Shown: positions 36,884-48,398 of the stretch, piece by piece
Position numbering within the stretch: the first letter of the stretch is position 1
How the letters are laid out: every line of letters starts with the position of its first letter
DNA from: Balanoglossus misakiensis
Lineage: Eukaryota > Animalia > Hemichordata
Reading direction: 5' to 3'
NCBI GenBank assembly: GCA_040954595.2
Contig: CM082587.2
Span: 10,979,403 to 11,043,402, forward strand
DNA: 64,000 bases
The notes under the pieces: generated by a model
What the model saw: the letters and a program-made list of their open reading frames with translations, nothing else
Database searches by the model: none
Told to the model about the DNA's origin: nothing
Position numbers and translations under genes: made by a program

Positions 36884-38832
36884 CTATTTGGTTACCAAGG
36901 TGTCCAACACTGGAGAAGTCAATGATGATACCTCACACTGGTAATGTTTAGCAAAGGTTCTAGAAGAGGACCAATTCGCCAAACCCATAATTTGCTGTAA
37001 CGAGGCTCCTCTGAAATGAAGGGCTGAAGTAACTGCTGCTCTAGTTTCATGTGCTGAGAAGACCTTGTCTATACCACTCTTCTGAAGCACCAATTTAATC
37101 CATCTTGCTATGGTACTTGGCAAAACAGGTTTTCCTGTCGCAAAACTAACGAAAAGGGTCTTCTTGTGCTTGCGTAAAGACTGCACCCGACGCAAATAAG
37201 AAGCCAAATAATAGACTACACATAACCTTCGATCCTTCTTGAAGGCTGGTAAAACAACAATTCTTCTTTTCTTGGCTTGTCTGTCTGTCTTCGACAAACT
37301 AGCCGGAAGCAAAACAGCTGATCCCTTGGATAACGAAATAGACTCCAACTGGAGATTTGCCAAATCAGAACACCGTCCTGCTGTACATAACGCAACTAAC
37401 ATAACAGTTTTTAATGTTAAACACTTCAGCGACAAATCCTTGGATGGCGACCAAGACTGAAGAAAAGTCAAAACTTGCTGAACATCCCATACCTGGGTGG
37501 TCTGGATACATAAACTCCCCTCATAAACTGTGTAACAAGTGGATGATTTCCCAAACGATATCCATCAACTGGCAAGTGCACTGAAGAGATAGCTGAACGA
37601 TATACATTAATGGTGAGATACTGAAGTTGTCTATCAAGTTGGTCTGCAAGAAATTCCAACACTATAGGGATAGGCGCTGAAATAGGATCTTCCTTTTGTC
37701 TTTGACACCAACGATTCCAGCGACCCCAGGCTGACTCATACTGTTTTGCAGTGCCTCGTCTGATGCTTTGGAGGATAATTTTAGACACCCTTTCAGATAT
37801 GCCTCTTGCTCGGAGAGTACACCTGAGAGCGGCCACACGGCTAGCAACATTTGGTTTGCGAGTGGATGATTCTGCCCTGTCAACAGATCGACTAACAGGT
37901 CTGGGACTTGTTGGAGCAATAACGGATCTTGTATCAGAAGTGAAAGCAAATCGGGATACCAGGGTTGAGTCGTCCACACTGGGGCCACCAGAACTATGCG
38001 TGCCTTGTCCTGATGAACTTTGTGCAGAATTCTTGGAAGAAGACAAAACGGAGGAAACACATAGTCTACCAGCTTGTTCCACTGAATGGAAAATGCGTCT
38101 ATTCGCCATTCTTGTGGATCTGGTTTCCAAGAGACGTAACGAGGAAGCTGTGCATTCAGATGTGTCGCAAACAGGTCCACTTGCGGTATCCACTGCAACA
38201 TCCGGAGGGCTTTCTGGAGCACAACTGGGTTGAGCTGCCATTCCAGATTGTCGTTGAATTTTCGCGAAAGGTAATCCGCCTCTTAATTGATTCTCCCCGG
38301 CAGATGCACTGCTGATAGTAGAATGTTGCGCTTCAGGCACCACAACCACAGACTGGCCGCCAACTCGCTCAGAGGCCAAGATCGAGTGCCTCCCTGACGG
38401 TTGATGTAAGACACTACTGATGTATTGTCTCACTGGACTTCGACACAGATGTCCTGCAGATGACTTGCCAGACGCTCCAATCCTCTGCAAACTGCCAGCA
38501 TCTCCAGCTGATTTATGTGGAGACTCTGGTTCCACTGTCCCTGTGCCGAGTTGTGCCCGCATACTGCTCCCCATCCTCTGATGGACGAATCTGTCTGAAC
38601 TATCAGTTGCGGTGTATGTGGTAGTAGGGACTTGCCATTCCACGCATGAAGACATTCTACCCACCATCTCAACTCTGTCTTTGCTGCTCGAGAGAGACTC
38701 AATGGGGAATCGAAGCACCCTGTCTGAGCGAGCACCTTCAGCTGATCTTTCTGAAGAGCCCGGTAATGAAGTGGCGCCACAGTTTTCGCCTCCAGAGCTG
38801 CTGTCATTCGCCCCAACACCTTTGCTAGGCAA
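36884..38832 (-). pseudogene. DIRS tyrosine recombinase (frameshift near 37470)
   Basis: N-terminal part TAKQYESAWGRWNRWC..YRSAISSVH (37468-38832). Catalytic part AGRCSDL, AHETRAA, ANWSS..FAKHY (36884-37471). Confidence 0.9.
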
Positions 38833-39640
38833 CGCACAGTGACCACTTCTTTTCCCAGCAACATTCTGATTGGAGTTTCTGTACCTTTTCCTGTGGGAAA
38901 CTGATCGTCATGTCTATGGAGTTGATCATCATACCCAAAACCTGAACTTACTGTTTTGGTTGAAGTTTGGATTTTTCCCAATTTACGAGGAAACCTACAC
39001 TCTGCAGAAGTTGCACAGCTGTCTCTACATTCGCTTGGCCAATCTTCCTGGATTCCCCCAGGATCAGGAGGTTGTCTATATAAATTACACATCGAATACC
39101 TTGGCGACGAAACTGTGCGACGACTGGCTTCAACATTTTCGTAAAAACTCGAGGAGCACTGGCAATGCCGAACGGCAGAACTGCAAATTCGAACATCGTC
39201 TCCTTCCAAATAAACCGAAGAAACTTTCTGTGATCTACAAAAATTGGGATAGTGAAATATGCATCCTTCAAGTCTACTGTGGCCATGAAGTCGCCTGGAC
39301 GAAGTCGCGCCTTGACATGCTGAAGGCCCTCCATCTTGAAGTGCTGATAAGCAATGTGCCGATTGAGTGATTTCAGGTTGAAAACCGGGCGCCAACCTCC
39401 TGACACTTTGGGTACTAGAAATATTGTTGACACAAACTGACCTTGAACTGGTACCACTGGATGTATTGCCGCCTTTTGTAACAAAGACTGTATTTCTGTG
39501 TCGATCAAATCTACATGGCATGACTGAACAGCCGTAACTGGTAGATGCGACTGCACTGGTGTTGACACGAGTTCCAGCTTGTAACCTTGCACTGTTTCTA
39601 GTATCCATGGGTCTGAAGTTAGCTGCCGCCACTCTGGTGA
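37662..39640 (-). pseudogene. DIRS pol: RT, RNase H and DNA adenine methyltransferase-like domain, with stops and frameshifts
   Basis: RT: WRPVFNLKSLN, DLKDAYF, LPFGIASAPRVFTK, YIDN (degenerate YxDD). RNase H: QTDSSIRGWGA, HINQLEMLAV. MT-like: DLFA..DAF..YVFPPF. Confidence 0.9.
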
Positions 39641-39706
39641 AGAAATAAAGCTAGACGACCCTCTACCTGGGGATGAGTAAGTAACTGCTCTTGATGAGGG
39701 AAAACA

Positions 39707-41042
39707 TCACTGTTTTTTGCCACGAAAGGACTGACCAGCGCCATCAGTTCTCGCAAACTTGGGTGAAGAACCATACTGTATAAACTTGGAGTATTGAGAC
39801 CGCTTACCATATCCACTTTGGCCATACCTGGACTTGTAGGTAGACATGGGGCATTTGCGGAACTGGCCTGCTGCACTTCCAGTTGACCCTTGACCCCTAG
39901 AGGTCATATCAACCACAACGTTATGGGCCTGCTTTGCCTTCTTTGCCTCCTTCAGTGGCTCATCTCCAAATAATGTAGCCATGGATGGTTCCAATTTCTT
40001 CAAAGAAGCATACATATTTGGAAGCACAGATTCAAAGGCCTTCTGTCTTGCTATCTGTAGACCACGAAAAGCACTACCGAACAGAGTAATACTAAGTTGA
40101 ATGGTAGTTAGAAGAATTTGTGGATCAATTGACACACCATCATGAGCCGTCTGCAAAATTTCCAACAACGGAAGTTGCGACAACAATAAATTATCAGCAG
40201 CTTTCCGAATTCTATGGTCCTGCTGCATCATAGGTTTAGTAACTGGTTGCTTCTCCCAATGAGTAGCAAGATGTTCAGGCAGAGCAGGAGATAAGAATAA
40301 TTTCTCATGTTTTGAAGACACTTCATAACGTTCCTTCATTTCCTTTTTGTCATCTGCACTCAGAGCATTTGTACGTTGCTGTATAAACCAAGACCGGACC
40401 GACTTGGAAAACTCCACACCAGTATTTCTGTCATGTGGGTTATCAAACTCACAATCTGAACTTCCAGTAGAAGAAGAATCGCCTGATGAAACTGGTGAAG
40501 CCTTAGACTTATTGTCTTTCTTCTTACCTTTCTTTCTTCTGGATTTCTCTTTCCGAAACGATGAACGGCGATGAGGTGGTTACTCGACATCCGAAGAGTC
40601 GTCTGAATCCACATCCAGTAGGAAATTAACACGACCAGCGTGTTTATCCTGTGCACGAACGTCTCGAAGAGACTCAGGGGCCACATAAACTGGGCCTTGG
40701 CGACAGGTACAGTCACTCAATGGAGGAAGCACCTCGTGTGCACCCGAGGGACCTGCTACCCCAATGCAAGCAAGGGGAATGCCATCCGCTGCGTTCGCTT
40801 CCAAGTCCATTTCACTGGTACGGCGACCATCTCTGGCAGCACCTAACCATTTCTTCTGATTTTCAGTCAACTGTTGGACGGACTTGGCCAGGCCTGACAC
40901 CATCTCCATAAGGACCTGGGACTACGGAACAGAAGAACGATTTGCTGTCCCACTATGCTAGCCTGGTGTAACATTCACAGAGTCATTAGCACTCATGTCT
41001 GCAGAACTATCTTCGACAACGGCTGCAAGCAAGTCAGTCATG
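39707..41042 (-). pseudogene. DIRS gag-like ORF1 with two in-frame stops
   Basis: ORF pieces ending at 40958, 40580 and 39707 share one frame and lie upstream of RT. The assignment rests mainly on position. Confidence 0.7.
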
Positions 41043-41523
41043 GTTCTGCAAGAACACAGAAGCATGCCTACACTAAAACGTATTAGACAAAAATAGCAAG
41101 AAAAAATTCTCAACATTTCACCACACATGTGCTCCACAAATCCAAAATGGTTGACACATGTGTATGAAAACTGACAAAGGAAAAAAAATACATCCATCAA
41201 AAAGCTGAACAGGAAAATATACAACGTCCAAGGCAAAAATTGGGATAACATATCGGTCTAAAAATGAAATACAAACACCTACCTGTGTTTAAAACACTCA
41301 CCAACGCTCCCAGGAAAAACCCAGGAGCTTCAGGAACTGTGCTACTCACTTGAAGCCAAGAGGAAAAGATGGTGGCTCGTCCGTAAGGCAGGTGTATATG
41401 GGATATTATTTAAATATTCATGTCATAGGTCATAGGTTATTTCTTTGAAAGGGCTGTGTCTACTCCGAGGTCAAGGGAAGACAGCTACTTCAATTCGGTT
41501 CGTTCCTTCAGGATGTGAGAATA

Positions 41524-44500
41524 ATTGCCACAGGCACAGTCAACGAGCTTGAACTACTCACAGAAACTTCACCGCATGGCAAGGACGAGCTCCCAGACCA
41601 CTTGAGGGAATTGTCAGAAAAATCAGCAGCCAATCTGACGGAGAAACAGTCCCATGAAATGAAAGAGCTACTTATCGAGTTCCAGGATGTCTTTGCTGCA
41701 AATGAATATGACCTGGGGAACTTCACAGCCCTTGCGCACAGTATCGATACAGGGGACGCGCGACCAGTGAAGCAGAGGATGCGCCGAACCCCACTACGCT
41801 TCGTGGGGGAGGAGGAGGCCCACCTCAAGAAAATGCTGCGGTCAGGGGTAATCCAACCTTCAACATCAGAATGGGCTTCGGCACCAGTATTGGTAAGGAA
41901 GAGGGACGGGACAGTCCGCTGGTGCGTCGACTATGAGACGCTGAACAATGTGATCGGAAAAGACGTATTCCCCTTGCCGCTGATAGAGGACTGCATGGAC
42001 ACGCTGGCCGGGAACGAGTGGTTCTCGAAACTAGATGCCAATTCAGCGTACTGGCAAATACAAGTGGACAAAGAGGACCGCAAGAAGACTGCCTTTACCA
42101 CAAAGTACGGGCTGTATGAATTCGCCCGTATGCCCTTCGCCCTGTGCAACACCACTGCCACATACTCGCGAGCCATGAATCTGGTGCTGCGTGGGCTGAC
42201 ATGGGAGGTAGTACTAGCATTTTTAGACTACATCATGGTACTTGGGGCGGACTTTGCAAACCATCTCCAGAATCTGCGAGACGTGTTCATCCGGATCTGG
42301 GAATACAGGTTGAAACTACGCCCCCGCAAGTGTGAACTGTTTCAGACAGAGGTGAAGTTCCTGGGGCGGATTGTCCGCAAAGGAACCATAGGACTGGACC
42401 CGCGTTCCGTTGACGTGGTACGCAACTGGCCGACACCAAAAAACACCAAGGAGGTGGAACTTTTCGCAGGGTTAGCCAATTAACACCGCTCGTTTATAAA
42501 GGATCATGCCAAGTTGGCCGCCCGCTGTACGCAGTTACGGGAAAAAGCCTTTCAAGTGGGGCGGAGAGCAACGGCTGGCCTTCGAGGCGCTAAAAGATTG
42601 CTTAACATCGGTGCCGGTACTCACGTTACTGAACCCAAAAGACCTGTTCACATTGGACACGGACGCATCGGACATTGCCGTGGGAGCGGAACTTCTCCAG
42701 GTGCAGGATGGAGAAGAACGAGTGAGCGCATACGCCAGCTTCGCATTAACACCCGAACAAACAAGGTACTGCACGACCCGAAAAGAACTCCTAGCAGTAG
42801 TACGATTTACCCGGTTATTCCGACACTACTTGCTGGGGAACCATTTCATAAAACGGACGGACCACAGCAGTCTGGCCTGGCTGCTGAGGTTTAAAGCGCC
42901 CCAAGGACAATTGGCCCGGTGGTTGGAAGAACTTAGCCAGTACAACATGACGGTTCAGCATAGGCCGGGGAACAAACACCTCAACGCGGATGCCCTATCC
43001 AGAATTGAACCGCAGGGACACTACCGCCACAGCGTTACGCCGGACGAACTTCCCTGCGGCGGATGTGACTATTGCCAACGAGCGCACAGAAATTGGGGAG
43101 ACTTCGTCACCGGGGTAGACGAAGTAATACCGTTAGCCTCACAACCATCCAATGACATTAGGCAAGACGTCTGCACGGTAAACTTAGGCAGCGAAGAAGA
43201 CGAAGCGAGTGACCACCTCGCAGACCCCCCAGAGGACCCAGGAGAAGGATTCGATTTCGACGAAATACTAAAGTCAATCGGAATAGACTCCATGGGAGAG
43301 GACACCTCCTTCAGTGAAGATACACAGGCGGAATAGGAGGACCCCAAGGTATGCACGGTGACCAGGAGCAGCTCGCCAGAGACCGACACGCCGTGGCGAG
43401 AAACCTTGGAAACGATATACCGGCAACAGCAGGAGGATGCCAATCTACGGCCGATACTGGAATGGCTGGATACTGGTCAAACCCCCGCGGAATGCGCATT
43501 GGCACTACTCAGCACCGCCGCAAAACATGCCTGGATAAACCGCGAGATATATTATGTGGACCGGAAGATGCCAGTACTCCGGAGGAAATCCGAGGACGGG
43601 GGCGAAGGAAAACTGGTCATCCCCAGAACAATGATATCGGAAGTAATCGAACTGAACCATGCGATCCCCTCAGCGGGACATCAGGGCGTGCAACGGACGC
43701 TGGCCAGACTCCAAATGAAGTACCACTGGCATCGGATGGCAGATGATGTACGCAGCTACGTAGCCTCGTGCCACGACTGCAACAAGCACAAGAAACCACA
43801 GCGACATGCGAGGTGCCCTCTGACCCGATACCACATGGGATCACCTATGGAAAGGGTACATCTGGACTTCCTTGGACCACTGCCCCGGACACCCCGAAAA
43901 AACGAATATATCCTAGTCATGGTCGACCAATTCATCAAGTGGGTAGAGTGCATTCCACTGCCTACCCAAACGGCAGAGGCAACCGCTAAGGCAGCTGTAG
44001 GGGAATTCTTTTCTCGATTCGGATGGCCATTCGAGATATTCACAGATAGAGGCAGTAATTTCGAAAGTCAGCTGTTCCGCGAACAGCCAGATGGAGCGGC
44101 AAAACCGGACCCTCATGGATGCAAACAGAACGAGTGGGACAAATTCCTACCCCAAATCGCCGGAGCCATTCGGACCTCCGTAAACAGAAATACTGGATTC
44201 ACACCTAATCGCCTTATGCTGGGGCGGGAAGTGAACCAACCGGCCGACCTGGTCTTCGGGAAACCAACGCCAGCCCAAGACCATGAAGAATATGTGAGCA
44301 GCCTGGGGAGCGCCATCAAAGAAGCCCATGACCTCGCTCAGGAAAAACTGCAGGTCACCCAGGAAAGAATGAAGCGGGACTACGACTTGAAGGCCCGACT
44401 CCGTTCATATGAAGTCGGAGATCCCGTCTACCTTCTGGACTCAGTGACGGTAAGAGGGAAATGTAAAAAACTGAGCCCCCCATGGAAAGGACCAGGAATA

Positions 44501-44848
44501 GTGATAGCGAAATTATCGCCATATTTGTACCGAGTGAAACTTCCGAGATGCATCGCCACCGCGAACCACGACAGAATAAGGTTGTGTAGGGAAGCGCAAC
44601 TGCCCAGCTGGATAGTTAAATTCAAGAGGTCACTGCCCCTAAAGGGTGGGGATCATGATCCGCAGGACAAAAACCGGGAACAGACCTACTGTATCTGCCG
44701 TGGGCCGGACACAGGGAAGCTGATGGTCCAGTGTGACAGCTGTTACGACTGGTTCCACAGCACATGCGTCAATCTCACCCAAAAGCAGGTCAACTCGACT
44801 GATCCCTTCCACTGTCCGAACTGCGAGGGGGAGGGGATCGACGATTAA
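41524..44848 (+). pseudogene. Gypsy pol: RT, RNase H, integrase and C-terminal PHD finger
   Basis: RT: WASAPVLVRKRDG, LDANSAYWQI, MPFAL, FLDY (mutated FLDD), stop at 42481. RNase H: DTDAS, KELLA, TDH, ADALSR. Integrase: H..GHQG..C..C, HLDFLGP, TDRGSNF, W.GP. PHD: YCIC..MVQCDSC..WFH..C..CPNC. Confidence 0.93.
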
Positions 44849-44953
44849 GGGAACACAGGGAAAAGGAGAAAATGCCATCGGGTAGGGCTATGACTCGTCA
44901 CAGGCGAGGACCCACTAACCGTTAATTTTCTTTCTTTTCTTTTTGTCCCCAGA

Positions 44954-46285
44954 ATGGATTCCAGACAACTCGAATTAGATGAGATTCGCTATCGCTGCGG
45001 CCGAGGGAAACTGTTGGACCCCATCAGTGTCATCCCCCGAACTGAGGCAACTTGGTGTAGACGAGGATACAATGTTCCTGATGCTCCGTGAGAACTGTCA
45101 AGTAGCCACGGTTCTAGGCGACATAGGATGGATGTCCACGGTACGGGAGGAGGCCATGCATGTATACGGGAAGGAAAAGACCGAAGCCAACCTGCCCGTA
45201 CCATCCGACGCAGCCATAAAAACCTGCACACTACCTCGGGAGTTCAATCCAGGCCGCGTACGTGGGGGATTCGTTGGCCATATCTCCCCGCAAGAGCCCA
45301 AAAGAACCACCACCGCAGCTGACGACCTGGAGGAAACTTTGAGCATCTTCCGGGATCCGCAGCTGGAAAAACAGGTACTCGGTGGCGACAAGGACCAGGC
45401 GATGGAGGTGTCGGAAGGGCCAGACCCACCCCGCACCCGTGTATCACCCCAATAGCAGTAGCGAGAGACGGGGGAAACCAACGGCTGCTGCAGGAGCCAT
45501 CACCCCCACGCCAAGAAACGCTGCCGCTGCAGTCACTGATCAACCCATTGGAGCTGGAGGCGAAGTTGGAGGCGGGGGAATATCTAATCCCCTGGGAACT
45601 TCGACACCACCCCGGCAGCCCTACTAGGTCCACATCCCTAACCCGGTCGCCGCGACCGGAGCGTTCTCGGGAGGAAAGGCGGGACCGCCCACCTTCCCGT
45701 GAACGACCATCCTTTTCACGCTGGGGAGATCTCAGCCCCAGACGTCGATCAACGATCCGGTATCCGACGCTGGAACCGCCCAAAGAAGACGAACGCCGCT
45801 GGAGGAGCGCCAGGCCGGCCCGAAGGAGCCCCCTATCCTCTGTTCCACATTACTCATCAGGCCCTTCTCCATGTCCGTTCCCGGGATGCCGGAGGTCCAC
45901 GCGCAAACTGAAGAAACACGCCTTTCAGTGCCACCTTCCAGTTATTTTTACTGAGAAGCCGGAAGTATTCCGCGAGCGGGACGCGGTGGAGGCGTTAGAG
46001 AAACTCACCTATACTGGCTGTGTGGTCCAGGAAATGAAATACCCGACCTGCTAGACTTCTTTATCCGCAGGGGCGGACCTGGACGGATCCCTACGGAATC
46101 CTTTTGTTCACCGGAGTCCATGGTGATGATGAAGCGCCTGTGCGTCTTCCAGGGGTGGGAGGAGCCGAGCGAGGACGCGCCAGGGGTTTTTGATGCATTT
46201 TTTATCCCCCAAGCGTGCGCAGAGGAGTGCCGAGTGGAAGACGCGCCCACCACCATAGATGACCTCACTGACTACGATGTTGGTG
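44954..46285 (+). pseudogene. Disrupted accessory ORF downstream of Gypsy pol, product unknown
   Basis: ATG directly after a strong splice acceptor. Collinear fragments at 44979-45455, 45548-46054 (Arg/Ser-rich, CPFPGC..HAFQCH) and 46120-46285. Confidence 0.55.
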
Positions 46286-47508
46286 TCCCCCCCTCCCCCC
46301 CCGCATGTTTAAAGGTTTCTATAGAAAAGCATTGTTGAGGTTCACAAAACTTTGAAGAAGCTTTGCAACCCTAACTTTGGCCAAAGATTTGAATGTTAAG
46401 GTTTCACAAACGTAGTTACAGCTGAGGTTCAACTAAGACTAGTATAAGAGGCTTCAGCACGCCAAGTCTTGTAGCAAGCTTCAACACAAAGCTTTGTTGC
46501 AACATTGTTCCAAGCATTGTCAAAGGTACTGCACAATGTGTAGTGCTATATTGTCAGCTGAATGGTTTGAGCCATTTGTCCCTACAACAACAACTGTTAA
46601 AGACACACAGCTTGAAATTGTAAAATGTTGCAAAATCAAACGATCACATCCTTACACCTATTATTAGAACCAGAAGTTGAGTCAAAATTTTCCTACCTAG
46701 AAATTTTCTTTCCTATGAAGTTTTTTGCTTATTGGCATTCATATGGGAGCCTAGACCTATTCCAGCTGAGTTGCCAAAATGGCAATGATGGACAATTCTT
46801 CTAATATACATGATCAAAAATGGCCGCCAAATACCTTCTCTAAAATAAAACTTGGCCCTTTTTTCTCAAAATTATGTGTAATATCTAAAATTTCAGGATT
46901 TGCATCCATATTGGTTATGTATTGCAAGTATGGCAGTGTTTGGCAACTTTTCTATTTTGCATAATCAAAAATGGCCGCCAATCACCACTAAAAGTGAAAT
47001 TTTGCCATGTTTCCCAAAATGATGCGCAATATCGTATTTTCAGGATTAGCACATTCATATGGGTACCTTTAACAATACAACTGTGTTGCAAATTTGGCAG
47101 TGTTACCGTACTAATCATGAAGCAAGGAAGTGCAACCTCTGTATCCCAAATATATGTCTATCCCCACTGATAGGAGTCACAAAGAGCCAGCCCCTCTGCA
47201 TCATCCTGTTCCTCAATCTCACGATGGGAATCCTTTTCAGAATTCCAACCTCAAAACATCCAGGGATTCACCATCATTCACCACACCCTCGTCAGTATCC
47301 ACCATGTTTAGATCCAATGCCTGAACATGTTGTCTCTTTATCTATGGATTGCGTTAAAGGACAGTGGGAGTTTCATCTCCTTTTTTTGCAATTTTGACCA
47401 TTTTTATCTGGTACATAATGCTAGAGTACATATCATCCATACAGGATGATGCATGTACAGTGATGGGAAATGTATCAATCCACTCCTGCACTAGATTTGC
47501 ATACTTAC

Positions 47509-48398
47509 ATATAATCCCATGATATCTTTCTTTGTTTGACGTCATCGTATACGAGTGGTTTTCGCGGAGCAGTGCAACTTCGAGCCGCAGGCGAGAAGTT
47601 GTACGCTTCCGCGAAAACCACGAGTATACGATGACGTTAAACAAAGAAAGATATCATGGGATTATATATTTATCACATGAACAGTCTTCTTATTTTTCGT
47701 TAGAAGAGGCAGGACTAAAACAATTCAGTACCTTGCAACAATTTTGGAGCGGTGTCGTATTTTACTGAGCGGGATTATTTCCCCCAGGAGATATATGTTG
47801 GGAGATTTTATGAATGATCAGCGATAGTTCATCATTTGCATATACGCAAATGGTGAACTATCGCTGATCATTCATAAAATCTCCCAACAAGTCGTCCCGT
47901 TGAGTTCGTTCGCTCGAAGTTCGGCCTTACACAAATGTAATCGATTCTCTAACAATTTTACTGCAACCTGTTGCCACGTCTTATACATTTCGTTGACCGG
48001 TGCAATAGAGAGGTTCAGTCGTCACGCTGAACTGGCTCGAAACAATTCCCCACACTGATTCGACTCGGAACGTACCGGACTTGCGCCTAGCCTAGGCTAT
48101 GTACACCTGACCCAAAACTTTGACAGCCACGATCGTTGCGTCGACTGTCTTCTTTCCAAATTCCACCTTTCTGTTTTGAGCTTACAAAGCGTTATTGTCA
48201 TGGAACCGTAATTTTTTTATTTCATTTCTGTATTGTAAATGCCGCGCGCTACACGTACTGTTTCTGTTTGACAACAAAGCTACGGCGAATCGGTGGAAAT
48301 AGTTCCGGTTGATGACGTAACACAGGGGTGATCAGGATTTTTGATCTGTCCTGGTCTACGTCACACAGGTGGTGATCAGGGCCAGTTCATGTGATAAA
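47509..48398. mobile_element. Palindrome-rich non-autonomous element (possibly Crypton-like)
   Basis: Long hairpins at 47509-47667 and 47796-47889. tttatcacatgaac (~47669) is inverted at gttcatgtgataaa (~48385-48398). Family assignment is a guess. Confidence 0.45.

Larger units (their letters stand above)
36452..41523 (-). mobile_element. DIRS1-type tyrosine-recombinase retrotransposon, structurally complete, coding regions mutated
   Basis: Inverted terminal repeats (~36495-36654 vs ~41365-41523), an internal complementary region (~36713-36812), and gag/RT-RNaseH-MT/YR ORFs on the minus strand. Confidence 0.95.
35900..46285 (+). mobile_element. Decayed Gypsy LTR-retrotransposon internal region (no gag or LTR seen), interrupted by a DIRS element
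   Basis: Protease tail, then RT, RNase H and integrase in Gypsy order. GC-rich block with sharp edges. Confidence 0.85.

Noticed and set aside
36884-38222. Prophage integrase or restriction-modification system
   Set aside because: The recombinase and methyltransferase-like motifs lie within DIRS ITR/ICR structure next to a DIRS RT.
47130-47505. Missing host exon on the minus strand
   Set aside because: Looks coding-like but contains stops and has no clear splice sites or pentraxin motifs. Probably a decayed fragment.
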